Source of the DNA: Syncephalis fuscata S228
Taxonomy: Eukaryota; Fungi; Zoopagomycota
NCBI GenBank assembly: GCA_025786725.1
Contig: JAHLTZ010000036.1
Location: 62,001 to 126,000, forward strand
Reading direction: 5' to 3'
Length of the DNA stretch: 64,000 nucleotides
The position numbers and the translations under genes are program-made. Below the pieces are notes generated by a model. It was not told the DNA's origin. It made no database searches and was given only the letters and a program-made list of their open reading frames with translations. This document shows, piece after piece, positions 1-13,992 of this stretch. Position 1 is the stretch's first letter; every line of letters begins with the position of its first letter.

Positions 1-305
1 ATATCTCATTCTCTTCAACGGCCGGTCCTACGTCACCATCAATTGGATATGCACAATACCGAATAATGCCACTCAAATCAATATAGAACGTATCTATCAA
101 CAGGAACAAATGAGTCATTCGTTAAAGCCATCTACTATAGAATCAGCTTACCAAATGGTGTTGGAATAGTTGCTTGCGTCGTTTTATCTAAAGTTTGGCA
201 GCACAGCGGATACCGCTCACTAATACATAAATATAGAAATAAGCCTGTGATTACTCATCGACCATTCAATGATAACACGCTACTTTTAATAGTTACCTCA
301 TCCAT
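1..305 (-). CDS. 5' part of an unidentified multi-exon gene running off the window edge
   Basis: ATG at 305-303 and three GT..AG introns join in frame to MDERVIIEWSMNKTTQATIPTPFDTFYIDLSGIIRYCAYPIDGDVGPAVEENEI...; no family recognised. Confidence 0.4.
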
Positions 306-2376
306 CTAAAAAACTTTGGTTTTCCCATCAGATGACAGTAATCTGAAAATGCCAATAAAATAGAGAAATAGATACAAAGTGGTGACGTTCTTTATTAAAC
401 AATTAATTAATTATTTCATTGTTTTAAACATTTTACGTATTTTACACTATTTAGTATCACTTATAGCGGACACTTTATTATTACGTATTTTGAACAAAAA
501 AGATCTATTCATAGTAATAAAAGGGCTGTACTATCTCTACTAGGGCCTTATAAAATATAAAGTTCAGTTAATTTTATTTTATTTTGTTTTAATCAAAGTC
601 AAGCACTTCATAAACTACCATGCATCAACCATGTGTACATAGGCCCATGCTATTCCAATGTTTCTAGGCCCTGTGTCTATTCATCTATAGTATGAGCGTA
701 TCTATGTGGATGAATAGGTGAACAGGAAGAATATTTCTCTTCTTAATTGTATATAAGGTCAGTGAATTACTGTCACAATTCAGAGTCCGTCCTTGACTTC
801 ATTGATTGATTTTGCTATCCATGCTGTAGCGCGTTATCTCGTCTATTCTTTCCCTTTAGTCTACTGCTACTCTACTACTACTACTACTACTTTACTACTA
901 CTATTATTATAGTTGCAACAATAGCATTATTGCTATAAAGCATATTAATACACGTTATTACTTTGAATCTATTTATTAAATTCATTGTTTTGTTGAATCA
1001 AGTCAACTAAATCACTTTTCTGATTCCACTAGAGTCGATATCAGAAATTCATCACCTGTATCGACGTGCAGGGTTTACTGGCTAATTGGTAAGAGCATGG
1101 ATATGCATGCTGTATCATTGAGTTTGCTATTATGACTATTATCAGTATTACTATTAGTAGAAATATAGTAGTATGGATGGAGGACAGGCCATGTGCTATT
1201 CACTCATGGTTATGTAGCGTGTGTATTTATGTGTGTGTGTGTGTGTGTGGATGGGTGGATGGGTGGGTGTGTGGACTGCCTTGAATGATTGATGCCCAAC
1301 TTGGTTGTACTCTTTCCTGTTTAGCATTAAATTCAGAGGGCGTAAATGAAAGAGTGAAAGTGAGCGTGAGTAAGTGAGTGAGTGACTAATAGTAAAAGTG
1401 AAAGTGAACTTTTGATAGCTTGGTGGCTTGAATGAACGCGACTACGTAAGTTTACTTTACCTTATACTTATTCAACATCTATTTGTCTATCTATCCATTA
1501 ATCTACTCGCCTATCTATCTGTCTGTCATTTCATCGGTCAGTCTATCGTTTATTCATTCTATTTGTAAGTTGTCTTCATTTCTTTATTGTGTCTAGGTTG
1601 CACACATCAACATTGAGGTCACCGTTGTAGAAACACACACACACACACACACAACGTGCCAGCCATTCTTCTCCTCTACTTCTACTTCTACACTTCTACT
1701 TCTACTACTGCATTTGTATGCATTTATACGGCTTGCTTATAACTGTTGATTGTTACTGTCCAAATTCATCTAACCTTTCTTTCTCTTTGAACACACAAAC
1801 CGTAACTTGTGCTGACGTAGTTGAAAGACGCCGTTCTATTACTATTTTGTAGTTTCATCTATTGGTCATTATTTCGCTACTCTTTACTGCTTCTAGTCGG
1901 CCATTCCTTCTAGGCTATTGTTTAGCAGTTGGCGATTCGTTTAATATTGCGGCTGTAGTGACTTAATCTTTGTGCTGAACCATTAGATTAAGTACATGCG
2001 CTGGCATGCAGATAGCCTTGTATCTGTTTAACGCAAGAGTACGCTGTTACTACGGTTATTGCCACTGCCACTACTACTACTACTACTACTGCTAGTACAG
2101 CTATTGTTGCTACTGGTAAGTTAATAAACGAGTTGGTGAATCTAAGGCGGTTTTATACACTATAACAACTGTCTATGATTGTCTATGACTTGCCTTGTTA
2201 TCGCGTGTGCTCTATTGTCTAACAATACTGGTCTATTAAAGCCATTAATCCATTAATGATACTGACTTGTATTATAGACGACATTTGCAGCTATCATTGA
2301 ACAACCAGTTACTTTACTTTGATCATATTAACTGGCAGTACTCGTTAAATACTTTTACATCAGATATTGTTTTACT

Positions 2377-5300
2377 ATGGTAAGTGAATTCAATATTTAT
2401 TATGTGATAACACTAATAATTAACTAATTGACTAACTAACTAACTAACTAATTAATTAATTAATTAATATTAATATGATAATGATCAATAGGATATATTC
2501 GACTTGGTCGAATCTTTGGCATCTAAAAATCGCCATGGTGGTCTACCACCCAATCATCCCAATCATCCAAGTCAGCGACAATCGCCACAGGTACTAAATC
2601 CTGATTATGACGATACGGGACCTTATATTCCGTTACCTCCCGCCGGCCGTCGCGGTGTTCATTTCTCCGGTAGTGCCGCCAATGGTGCATCTACAGCCGG
2701 TGCCAATAATCATGCCAACATACCATCGGTCAATGTTAATCTATATAACGAGAACGGCAATAACATGCATAACGGCGGAGGTCCACCGAATAGCCGACGT
2801 AATCATCGAGAAGGCGATAGCTCGTTTTTCCAACGCTTTCGCGGATCGCCGAACGGTTCACGTAATCCATCGCCAGAACGGTCCATTGGAGAAAATGGTG
2901 AGCACGGCATGCGTTATCTTACATCAACGGCTACCCGACCGCGCAAGCGATCTGAGCCCAATCTGCTCCATCCAAGTGGACGTGCGCGTTCGGGATCGCA
3001 GTGGAGTGAGATGATTCGACTCCCTCTCGAGGGTGGCATAACGCGTGATATTAACGATAACCATCAATCTATACCTTTATCAGGATTTGACAATTCAGGA
3101 TTCGGAGGAGGAGGCAATTCTGTGTATCAGCATGGAAATTCCCATCGGCGGACATCTTCGCAATCAAATGTAGCGGATTTAAATGTACCGCCACCGGTGA
3201 TGCCAGTTCCGACGGGGCCAAAGCCACAAGAAAAAGACAGAAAAGTATCCAAAACACAGAATATATTTAAACTACGAAGACGACCCAAGGATGTGGAAGG
3301 TAAGAGTCATTATGACGATATTGATTGAGTTGAGACACATGAAAGAACGGAGATTAATTACGTATTGGTAGTGCCACCTACAGATAGCAATATTGCTAAT
3401 AGTAACGGTAACCGGCGTTGGGGCAATGAACTTGGATTGGACACTGAAGCTATTTACAACACTTATGAAGACAGTTCATCAACATCTTCTCGACATAGTA
3501 GACTAGGTGTTCATGAAATGCATCCAACAATGACAATGCTACGTAAACGGCAAAGTATGATTCGGGTAAGTATTGGATTAAAAGATAAATTGATTCGTAT
3601 ATATACACATGTATTAATTAATGTTAATTAATGTTGATATAATAGGTTGATCCAATGGGTATTGCTATTAATGGTAAGTGTAATAGACTTGATAACATGG
3701 TAACTAATAACTAATAATTATATTATAGCGGGTAATATGCCAGCCATGGGACTTGACACATTCCAAGATATGCCACCTTTACGGAAAGCATCTGTTGCTC
3801 ATACCGAAGCAATGATAAGAGCACCATCTGCTTATCATCATGAACCAACCGATCCTAATACATCATATTCGGGTAAATCACAAGAGAAACAAGTAAGTAG
3901 ATGTATAGAAATGGAAATGGAAATGGAAATAGTATATGAAGTATATGAAGTATATGGAGAACTGTGTAGATAGTAATAGATGTATATCAATTGGTATATT
4001 ATTAATTGATTAATTGATTAATTGTAGTAGTAATTACACATCTACATATTTCTCTATAAATAATAAGCGGTTGATGACATGGAATATTACAAATCAATTA
4101 TACTAATGTATTCTCAGTATTGTATTCGCGTTTTTCGTTTAGATGGCACGTTTGCCACTGTCACATGTGGACTTGGTACAACTACCGCTGAATTATGTCA
4201 GATTGTAGCGCGTAAATTCTTCTTAACAGATACATCACGCTATGTAATGGTATTAAGACGCCATAACCTTGAACGTGTTCTAGGTGCCCATGAACATCCA
4301 GCATTTCTACAAAAGCGTTGGCTTGAACAAGCAGGCTATACGGAAGCAGATAATCTATCAGATCATGGTCGTGAAGATAACAGTTACCTATTCCAATATA
4401 TGTTTGCTGAACCACCATCTCACATTGGACTGCCTGTACCCAAAGTAAGTAATTATCTACTAATACATCTATTGAATAGTATATTAATATATTGATTGAT
4501 TTGTTTAGGATGCGGATATTGATCCAACTGCAGCAAGACACTTTGATTTCCAAGCACGAAACCTTCCTACTATTCCAAAATCATTCTTCCGTTATGCAGC
4601 GGGTATCATTACGTTAAATCTATCACAAAATCATTCATTAAGTCTACCCATTGAATTTGCTCAACAATGCGATCAACTACGTGAATTACGTTTGGCCAAT
4701 AACGATTATAAGAGTGTACCTGAAGCAGTTCGACACCTAGCCACACTTAGTCATCTTGATCTGTCATGCAATCGATTAGCCGAATTGGATCATGCTCAGT
4801 TGGATCAAGTACAACCACTAACTAGTCTCATGTTACAGAATAATCGTTTAACTGAACTGCCCCCTAGTTTTGGTCGGTTTGTTTCATTAACGTCGCTTTA
4901 TTTGTCAAATAATCGATTTAACCATGTACCTCGAGTCATATGCGAGATTCGCTCATTAACCGATCTTGATCTATCATTTAATAAGATATCTACTATTCCG
5001 AATGAGATTGGTCAACTTACAAAGCTACAACGATTATTGCTTGTCAGTAATCGTATTACAGGCACATTACCACGAACATTTGATCAATTGATTGAATTAC
5101 GTGAACTGGATTTACGACAAAATGGTATTCAAGATCTGGGTGTACTGGCCAGTATGTGTAACTTGAACCTGCTATTCCTCGACTACAACACTGTATCGAC
5201 ATTGACGTGCGAGTTCCGTTCGCTACAACGACTTACTTTACACAAGAATCATTTAACGTCGTTTAAACCATCGGCCATGCCCACTACCTCGCTTACTTCG

Positions 5301-8300
5301 TTGGATCTGTCAAAGAGTAAATTGCCCCAACTACCTGATGCTATGTTTGAACAACTACCCATGCTGGAACGACTTGTACTCGATGACAATAAGTTTGTCT
5401 CTGTCCGGCATCCATTTGTTCATTACGCCACTTAACACTGCTTAGCTGTACGAACAATCTACTGGCCTCATTGCCTACGGAAATATACCATTTGGAATAC
5501 TTATCCACCTTAACGTTTACGGCAATAACTTGGAACGTCTCCCCCAGAGATTTGGTACTTTCAACGACTAAGCACCCTTAATTGCAGCTCCAATCTATTG
5601 AAGACCTTCCCCGATCCACCGGCACCTGGTCAAAAGCCACCACCACCACTATCCCATACCATGAATCCTGCCTTATTATCAGCGGGTGGAGGTCCCGGTG
5701 GCATGGCTACAGCACAAACACTAGTAGCCGGCAATAGTTCGACCACCTCTGTCTCATCATCACTTAGTAATTCATCAGTGCCAGTTAGTATGCGGCAATC
5801 ATCCTCATCGGGTTCATCACTCGCATCATCATTACGTCATTTATTGTTGGGTGATAATGGTCTTACAGATGATGTATTTTCGCCATTAGCACATTTTACG
5901 GAATTACGTACACTTAATCTTAGTTTCAATGATATTTACGATATTCCATCGGGTGGTCTATATCATCATCCAAGCCTTGTTCATTTACATTTATCGGGTA
6001 ATCAAATTACCAGTCTACCAGCTGAAGAAGTGGGTCGTCTACGCAGTCTACGTGAATTATTTGTCAATGGCAATAAATTACACGCACTGCCGGCTGAATT
6101 GGGCAAGATTGTTCGTCTACAAGTACTTGATGTTGGTAGCAACGTACTCAAGTACAATATATGTAACTGGCCCTATGACTGGAACTGGTAAGGGAAAGTT
6201 TATTCTATCGATAGCATACTAACTAATTATTGATAAAGGAATGGAATCTTGAATTGAAATACCTTAACTTGTCTAATAACAAACGATTAGAGATTAAGGT
6301 TAATCGACATGACATTGCTATCCGCAATCGTAATTTGACCGACTTTAGTACGCTGCATAACCTTCGTGTACTTGGTTTAATGGATATTACCCTGATGGTA
6401 ACACCACCGGATCAAATGCATGACCGTCGTATTCGTACATCGGCCTCTGAAGTGAACTATATGAGTTACGGCATGGCCGATACACTTGGTCGATCCGATA
6501 TGTTATGTGCATGGGATTTAGTCGTGCCTAAATTCCGTGGTAATGAAGACGAATGTCTATTCGCGCTATTCGATGGCCGTATGGGTAGCAAGTTTAGCGG
6601 TGGACGTGGCTGTCGTATTACAATGTATTGAATGACAAATTCCCTCGCCAGTTTGAAATTGAATTACGTAAACTGCGTACCGACGAACAAGTGGAAGATG
6701 CGATGAAACGAGCCTTTTTAAACGTCAACAAAGACTTGGGTGCCGTTGATGTAGCCGAACCACGTACCGGTGCAGCCGCCCTCGTCATCTACATTGTCGG
6801 TACACGTCTATACTCGGCCAATGTCGGTGATACACTCGCGGTATTGGCTCGTCAACGCTGCGATGCTATACCGCTATCGATGAAGCACACGCCATGGCTA
6901 CCCGATGAAGTAGCGCGTATTCAAGCAGCCGGTGGCTATGTGTCACACCAAGGTCTAGTCAATGACGAGCTTGAAGTGTCACGATCTTTGGCCACTTCCA
7001 TTTAACACCGATCATTAATGCCAATCCACATATTACTAAAGTGGATCTATCGGATGATGATGAATTTGTTATACTGGCCAGTAAGAGTCTGTGGAATCGT
7101 ATGTCATACCAGACTGCCGTTGATGTGGCCAGAACGGAAAGTGACGATTTAATGCTTGCAGCCCAGAAGTTACGTGACTTTGCCATCTCCTACGGTGCCG
7201 ATGAAAGTATTATGGTCATGGTCATTGGTGTGGGTGATCTATTCGATTCACGTCTTCAAAATAGACGTATGGTCAATAGTAGACAGCAACAGTATAAACC
7301 GGGAGCAATGCACTTTGGCCTAGTAGATACGACATCCACCGAAGAGATTCGTACAGGTGTTAAGAAGAATAGACGCAAAGAGAACCTGCCTGGTGATTCA
7401 GTGAGTATAGAGATAATAATTATTGGTGGCAATGGTAACTAATGACTATTTAATAATAGACACTACGTCGATTACAACAAGAAGTAGAGGCGCCTAAAGG
7501 ACAGGTGGCACTGGTATTTACAGATATTAAAATTCAACTTTCTTATGGGAAACATTACCTAAAGCAATGCAGTCGGCCATTAAAACACATAATGAAATTA
7601 TGCGACGCTACTTACGTAATATTGGTGGCTATGAAGTAAAGACAGAAGGCGATGCCTTTATGGTCTGTTTCCCCTCTGTTGTATCGGCTATGTTGTGGTG
7701 CTTAACCGTACAGCTACAACTACTACAAGCGGATTGGCCCCAAGAAATTCTAGATGCCGATGATGGCAAAGAAGTGTACTGGGAAACCGAAGATGGCGAA
7801 CGTGAGCTTATTTACCGTGGTCTATCGGTGCGTATGGGTGTTCATTGGGGATCACCTGTATGTGAAGAGGATCCGATTACTCGTCGTATGGACTATTTTG
7901 GTCCTATGGTCAACAGATCAGCCCGTATATCCGGTGTAGCTGATGGTGGTCAAATCTGTATTAGTCAAGATGTTATTTCACAGATTATGATGGTGAATGA
8001 ACTAATAGATTCGGAGGAATTACTCGACAGTGTACAGAAAGATTTACGTCGACAAGCATTAGCGTTAAGAAAACTTGGTTTTGTGTTTATCGGTATTGGT
8101 GAACGTAAATTAAAAGGTCTAGAAGGTGCGGAAGTATTATCACTGGTAAGTAGTAATGGTTATTATTGTGTTGTTGCTGTTGTATAAGTATTCATTATTA
8201 TATAATAGATTTATCCGCAAGCATTAAGACGACGATGGGACTTTACTGATATAAGCAACAATGGCACCAAGGTAATATATATATATATATATAGTGTATA

Positions 8301-8936
8301 TACTATATAACAAGAGATTAACTATTAAATGTTTATTTAATTATATAGGGATCATCTAGTAATGAACCTACAGCTGTACAAATACTTGATCCAGATACAG
8401 TACGACAGCTTGGCTTCTTCTGTCTACGTCTTGAACGTATTACATCAGGCACGGTCATTTCACTAAAGAGAAAGTCACGTATTGACTATCTTAATGGTCT
8501 ATTGACCTTCCATGTTAAGGATAATGCCGAAGATGAAGAACTATTAAGAATTACCGAGAATTTAATTACGCGTATCGAGGTAAGATCAATCTATATAATA
8601 TAATACAATATGATATAATTGTGTATTAACTTTATATTTATTATTTATTGTCATGGATAGAATGCTACATCAACCCTCTATCTAAATCGTATCGAGGGAT
8701 ATGCCGATGTACTTGATGATATTAGTCAACGCGTAGATAAAGAAACAAGTAATGTACTCCAATCGATTATGGCTCTATTAGGTCGAGGTACACTGCCTTT
8801 TAATCCATCGAATACATCGTCAACATCATGGATATCCAATGAAGAGAATGAAGAGGATGAACCATCAGCTATTATGGATTCATATGCCGATATCAACGAT
8901 GAAGAGGAAGAGGAAGAGGAAGAAGAATACAATTAA
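2377..8936 (+). CDS. CYR1: Fungal adenylate cyclase (RA domain, LRRs, PP2C-like domain, class III cyclase domain)
   Basis: ATG at 2377 followed by a GTAAGT intron to 2491. RA-like YCIRVFRLDGTFATVTC, many LRRs, [26 protein letters not shown], PP2C motif ANVGD, cyclase motifs FTDIK, GGYEVKTEGDAFMV and RMDYFGPMVNRSARI; TAA at 8934-8936. About six -1 homopolymer frameshifts must be corrected. Confidence 0.95.
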
Positions 8937-9189
8937 AATAACGGCAATCATTATAACTATCCTATACAAGACTATGAATTGTTATGATTATGTTGTTGTT
9001 TATAACTACTTGCCGTTACTGCCACTACCACCATCTCTATTATTATTATTTTACTATTTTTATTACTATTACAACTATTATTATAAAGATCACCGTTATC
9101 TTGTATCTTTTCTATTTATTTACACTAGTACATTAATATAAATGTTATTTATTAATTAATAATAATTATAAAATAGAGGTTTTTATTTA

Positions 9190-11255
9190 TTAACGTCGTT
9201 TACATCCATGTCCTTTTGTACGCTGTCGATGACTATTACCTGTACCATTTAACTTTTTACTATTAACCCCTGTACTGCGACGTATCACTTTATCACATCG
9301 TTCAATACAAGCGAGTAGAATACGTTTCTCATTAATACGACAAGTTAAAGCATTAAACGTATCTCTATCCACATCATTCAACTAGATATCAATAGATAGA
9401 TAGATATATATATTAATAACAATAACAATAATAATAGTTGGTACTTACCGCTTGATTTCGACGTTGTTCATCTTGTTCAAGTGTTGTATCTGGTGGCGTA
9501 TAGACAGTTAATCGACAACGGGCCACTTCACGTAATGCCCTACATAGATTGGCAATAAATGGTGTTGCTCGTTTACCACTTCCTTGGGTTAATAGTACAA
9601 GTGTATCTTCAATTAATGGACGTAACATATCAATACCGCGTGTTGTATGTAATGCCGATTGTTGACAGGCTGCAAATGCATCATCTTTCATACGAGCCAT
9701 AGCAATTAATGAAGTGAATAACAAATCAGGAACACCACCAAAAGTGATACCAAAATATTCTGGTAACGCTTTACTTTGTTGCTCGTCTTCGTCCTCTTCA
9801 CTGTCACTATCTTCACTGTCACTATCACTATTCTCTGGTTGGAATTGATTCATATTAGTGGCAAAGAATTCAAATCTTTTTTGTAATGCTTCTGGACTAG
9901 TCGCTTGTCGTTCACATATTTCTCTTATCATACTAATAGGAATACTAACGACATCACAGGGATTAACATCTTCAGCAAATCCATAACGAGTAAGTAAATG
10001 AGCATTGCCGTGATATCCATAAGTGTTATAGACTTCATCGCCGGGACGTGCTTCATTAACAACATTCATTTCAAGTCTATCCTCTTCGTCCTCTCCATCA
10101 TAATCATCTCCACCAGTTGTTTGTTCTTCATATTCTTCATAGTCATCGCTATCTTCTTCATCGCCATCTTCTATCAATCCTTCTCCAATCCCTCCATTCT
10201 ATCAATATCAACTAGATGAGGGGCATCTAATTGTAGTAATGCAGCCTGTATTTCAAGTCCTGGGGCCACTGATGTAAAGGGTGGATCCTCTGGATCAATG
10301 GCATGTTCACAGCCAAATGCTGCACCACAAACTAGACAGACATCGAGTTCTGATTCAATATGAACATGTTCATCCCATGATCGATGATTGAATCTAGTAT
10401 ATAGTATATAATATATAGTATGTATATATATATGTGTGTGTATATATATATTAATACAATATATGATTAATTGTACTAATTAATAACTTACATATCGGCC
10501 AAGGGTACCATGGCATCACCGTGATAGTCATCGACAAAAAAGGCCCGCGATGCAACTACTGAACTTACACGTATAAACTGATCAAGTGTATAGTCTTCCG
10601 CCTTTAATAGATCTGGATACTTGGTCACCAATGGTGCAACCTGTGTACGATAATCATGTTCAATACCAAGCTATAAATAAAAGTGTTAATAAATAGATAT
10701 ATATATATATTATAACTAGTTACCTTGTCATTAACAATGGATTCTTCAAGTTCGGTGCCTTTAAGCCAGTTCAATGACGCTTCTGACCAGAATAGTGGTA
10801 ATGGTTCACGATGAGGTAATGATTGTAAATAGCCATACCATGGAGATGATTTACCTCTGGATAGTTCAAACATAACACCGAGTGTGAGAGCTACACGGTC
10901 ACTGATACTCATATCATCTTCATCTTCATCTTCAGTATCAGTATCGGTTATTGAAGCGGCATCTTCTAGAATATTGGCAATACCACAATTCTTGGCCGAT
11001 AATACAGCACTTCGAGCAATACGGCAGACTATTTATATTTATTTATATATATTGAATCAATAACTATATATTTAGTATGTTTATAGTTACCTGTATCGTC
11101 TTCTTTAAGTGGTTTACGAGCAAATACGCCAAATTCATAGCCCGTCATTTCTTTAATCACTCGTATTTCAAGACGCTCTTTATCATACCATACTTTTTGT
11201 CTTCAAACCAACCTAACAGCAGTTGAAGCTGTTTTGTCTTGGTTGACTGGTCCAT
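9190..11255 (-). CDS. SET-domain protein lysine methyltransferase, Rkm3/SETD6-like
   Basis: Spliced translation gives FGVFARKPL, SPWYGYLQSLP, SRAFFVDDYHGDAMVPLADIFNH and EVYNTYGYHGNAHLLTRYGF; one A-run frameshift near 11195. Confidence 0.85.
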
Positions 11256-11939
11256 AACTGTATCAATGTTGTTGTTCTATAAACGATAATGGTGATGGAC
11301 AGTTGAACTAACAAAAGATAAAGAAATTGCGTCAATGTGGGCAGATATTTTTTCTTTTTTCTATTTTCTACTATTTATTGTATATAAATGTTATAATACA
11401 TTCTATTTATTGTATATTGTATAGATTATAGAATATAAAATATTATATAGTAAATACTATTAAATACGTATAATAGAGTTGGTATATGACTGAATAAAGC
11501 GAATAATGGTATATATGTATATATATATATTTATAGCTATATAGTTAAATAATTTACAATTATATTTATTATTAATATTCAATCTATACTACGTCTAATG
11601 TTACAATAATTGATTATAATAAACGTTTAATTCTTGTTATTAAGAAGTAAATATATGTTAGTATTCTATATATCTATTATATGGCAGAGTAGGATCGGTT
11701 AATCTCGGTGGGTAGAAGGGAGCACGTATAAAGGGAAAACGGACCTTTATTTTTATTCCGTTTCCGTTTTTTACACGATCGCTTCATTGTGTTTTCGTTG
11801 CTTGTTCATTAGCGTCGGTCTATTTCACTTGTTGTCGTTACGATTTACATAACTGCGACACGCTATTGTCGCTGTTACTTCGTCCAGTCTACCTTTTATC
11901 TACGTATACATTTTATTTAACAGCAACACCAACACTACA

Positions 11940-12737
11940 ATGCCACGTTCAGACCACTCTCGCGATCCATGGTATGTACTAGTGGTTTGCTGCTTGATCA
12001 GACACTAGTATTTGTTTACTAAAGTGTTCATATGCTTACCTTGTTGTTGTTATATGTAGTCCCTGGGTTATTCTTAACGATATGGGTGGTGCTTTTGCTA
12101 TGGGTGCCATAGGTGGTGGTATATGGCATTCGATTAAGGGAGCAAAGAATGCACCACGGGTAAGTTATGACGTTAGCTGTATAGATAGCATATATATATA
12201 TATGGTATAAATAAACTGTACTAATAAAAGGGTTTATTAGGGTGAGCGTCTTTATGGCTCGATATCGGCTGTACGTGCTCGTGCTCCTGTTCTAGGCGGT
12301 AACTTTGCCGTCTGGGGTGGTTTATTCTCGACGTTTGATTGTGGTATTCGAGGTATTCGACAAAAGGAGGATGCTTGGAACAGTATTATGAGTGGTGCAT
12401 TGACCGGTGGTGTATTGGCTGCGCGTGGTATGTATTATTAATAAGTTAATGGCTGTAATATAGTGTATCTAATGTATGTGTATCTATATAATGTTATTTT
12501 GTATTTGCACTAGGTGGTACGAAACCGGCCTTAATATCGGCGGCATTTGGCGGCGTATTCCTTGGTGTTATTGAAGGTGTCAGTCTTGTGATGGGTCGTA
12601 TGTTTACACCTGAGAATCCTGCTATGATGCCGGTAAGTGATTTTTACTAGGCGATATAGCCATTCAAATACATCAAGGCTAATTGAATGATTGGCTATTA
12701 GATGGGAGATATGGGAGCAACACCAGCCACTCAATAG
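11940..12737 (+). CDS. TIM17: Mitochondrial inner-membrane translocase subunit Tim17
   Basis: Five exons splice to [34 protein letters not shown]...[21 protein letters not shown]...[25 protein letters not shown]. Confidence 0.95.
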
Positions 12738-13481
12738 GCCAAGAGTTATCCGGATAGATTTATGCTTTAGTTGACCTGACATTATTTTTAAATGAACAAA
12801 ATATAATAACGATGACTTGTATCACAAATGATTATTGTGCAGTAATAATAACGTGAAATAATAGCAATAGTAATATATTAATATTAATATTAATATTAAT
12901 ATTAGCTAATACTTTATTATATTTAATAGCTTTATATTGTTTTAATTTGTGTAATTCAGTTGTGTGGCAATGGATTTGTCTGGTGAAAGCTATTTTACTT
13001 TGACTCCCACATTTGAGTCTCCAATGCAAAATTTGTTCCAGTTAAAGTTGCGCAGTTATATACACATGATTATAATGCTTTCTAATGACATATTGTTAAT
13101 AAATAAATAATGTAACATACTATTTGATTTCTTTGGAACATTTAAAGTTGTTTATTGTTGTTGTTGTTGATCATATATAGAAGGATTGATTGCGTTAGTA
13201 TATACATGCTATGTACCATTTCATTTTTAACTTTTAATTTTAATACTTGTTAATTGAGTTAGATAAAATATATCATTGTATAAAATACTGAGTATTAGTT
13301 AACATTATTATACAGTTTAATTGAGTTTATTCAAATCATTACAGTGGGTTGCGTAAAATGATTTATTGCGCTGAATGGGGGAATCAAAATAAAATCTAAC
13401 CAGATGCTAGATTCTTCTGCTTTTATTCTTGGATACATACACTGAAAACTAATTAGCCAACCAACCACATTTATTATAAGA

Positions 13482-13837
13482 ATGGAGGACGCTTATCGCC
13501 AGACAGTCAATGCTGCAACTGCCTCTTTAGACTGGGAGGCCAAGGAACGTATGGTAGTGTAGGTTTGGTGGGTAGTGAGTGGTCTACATATGCTGATGAC
13601 TAGTATAATGAATAGCGAACTAACGGAATCTCAACGGCGATTAAAGGGTAAGGCTTGGAACACAGTAGTAGAGATGAGAAATGTTCTAATGGTACAATAT
13701 AATCTATAGAAACGTTGGATAAAATGACAGAGGCACGCGAACAATATCGTGTTTTACAAGAGGAAAATGCTATGCTACGAATTTATTGCAATAATTTAAA
13801 TAATACAGCAAATCGAAAGGAAGAGGCACAACAATAA
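13482..13837 (+). CDS. Short coiled-coil protein, SCOC/Slo1-like
   Basis: Three exons give MEDAYRQ...KERMVVIMNSELTESQRRLKETLDKMTEAREQYRVLQEENAMLRIYCNNL; the LxxENxxLxxYxxNL end resembles SCOC. Confidence 0.6.
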
Positions 13838-13992
13838 TAATAATAATATAAAACTTTTAATTGTAGAAATATTAGTACTGGCGTGTTTTTATGTTATAAA
13901 TTCATGAGTAACAAAAAGTAATGTTGTATAGATTTTATAAAATCTACTGTGATATTTATTGTGTAAAATATACAATACATTTGTATCATTTA

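Noticed and set aside
855-2095. (TAC)n, (GT)n and (CA)n microsatellites upstream of CYR1
   Set aside because: Ordinary simple repeats in promoter/UTR DNA.
2377-8936. CYR1 as a pseudogene or several separate genes
   Set aside because: All breaks are introns or single-base homopolymer deletions, and the motifs are intact.
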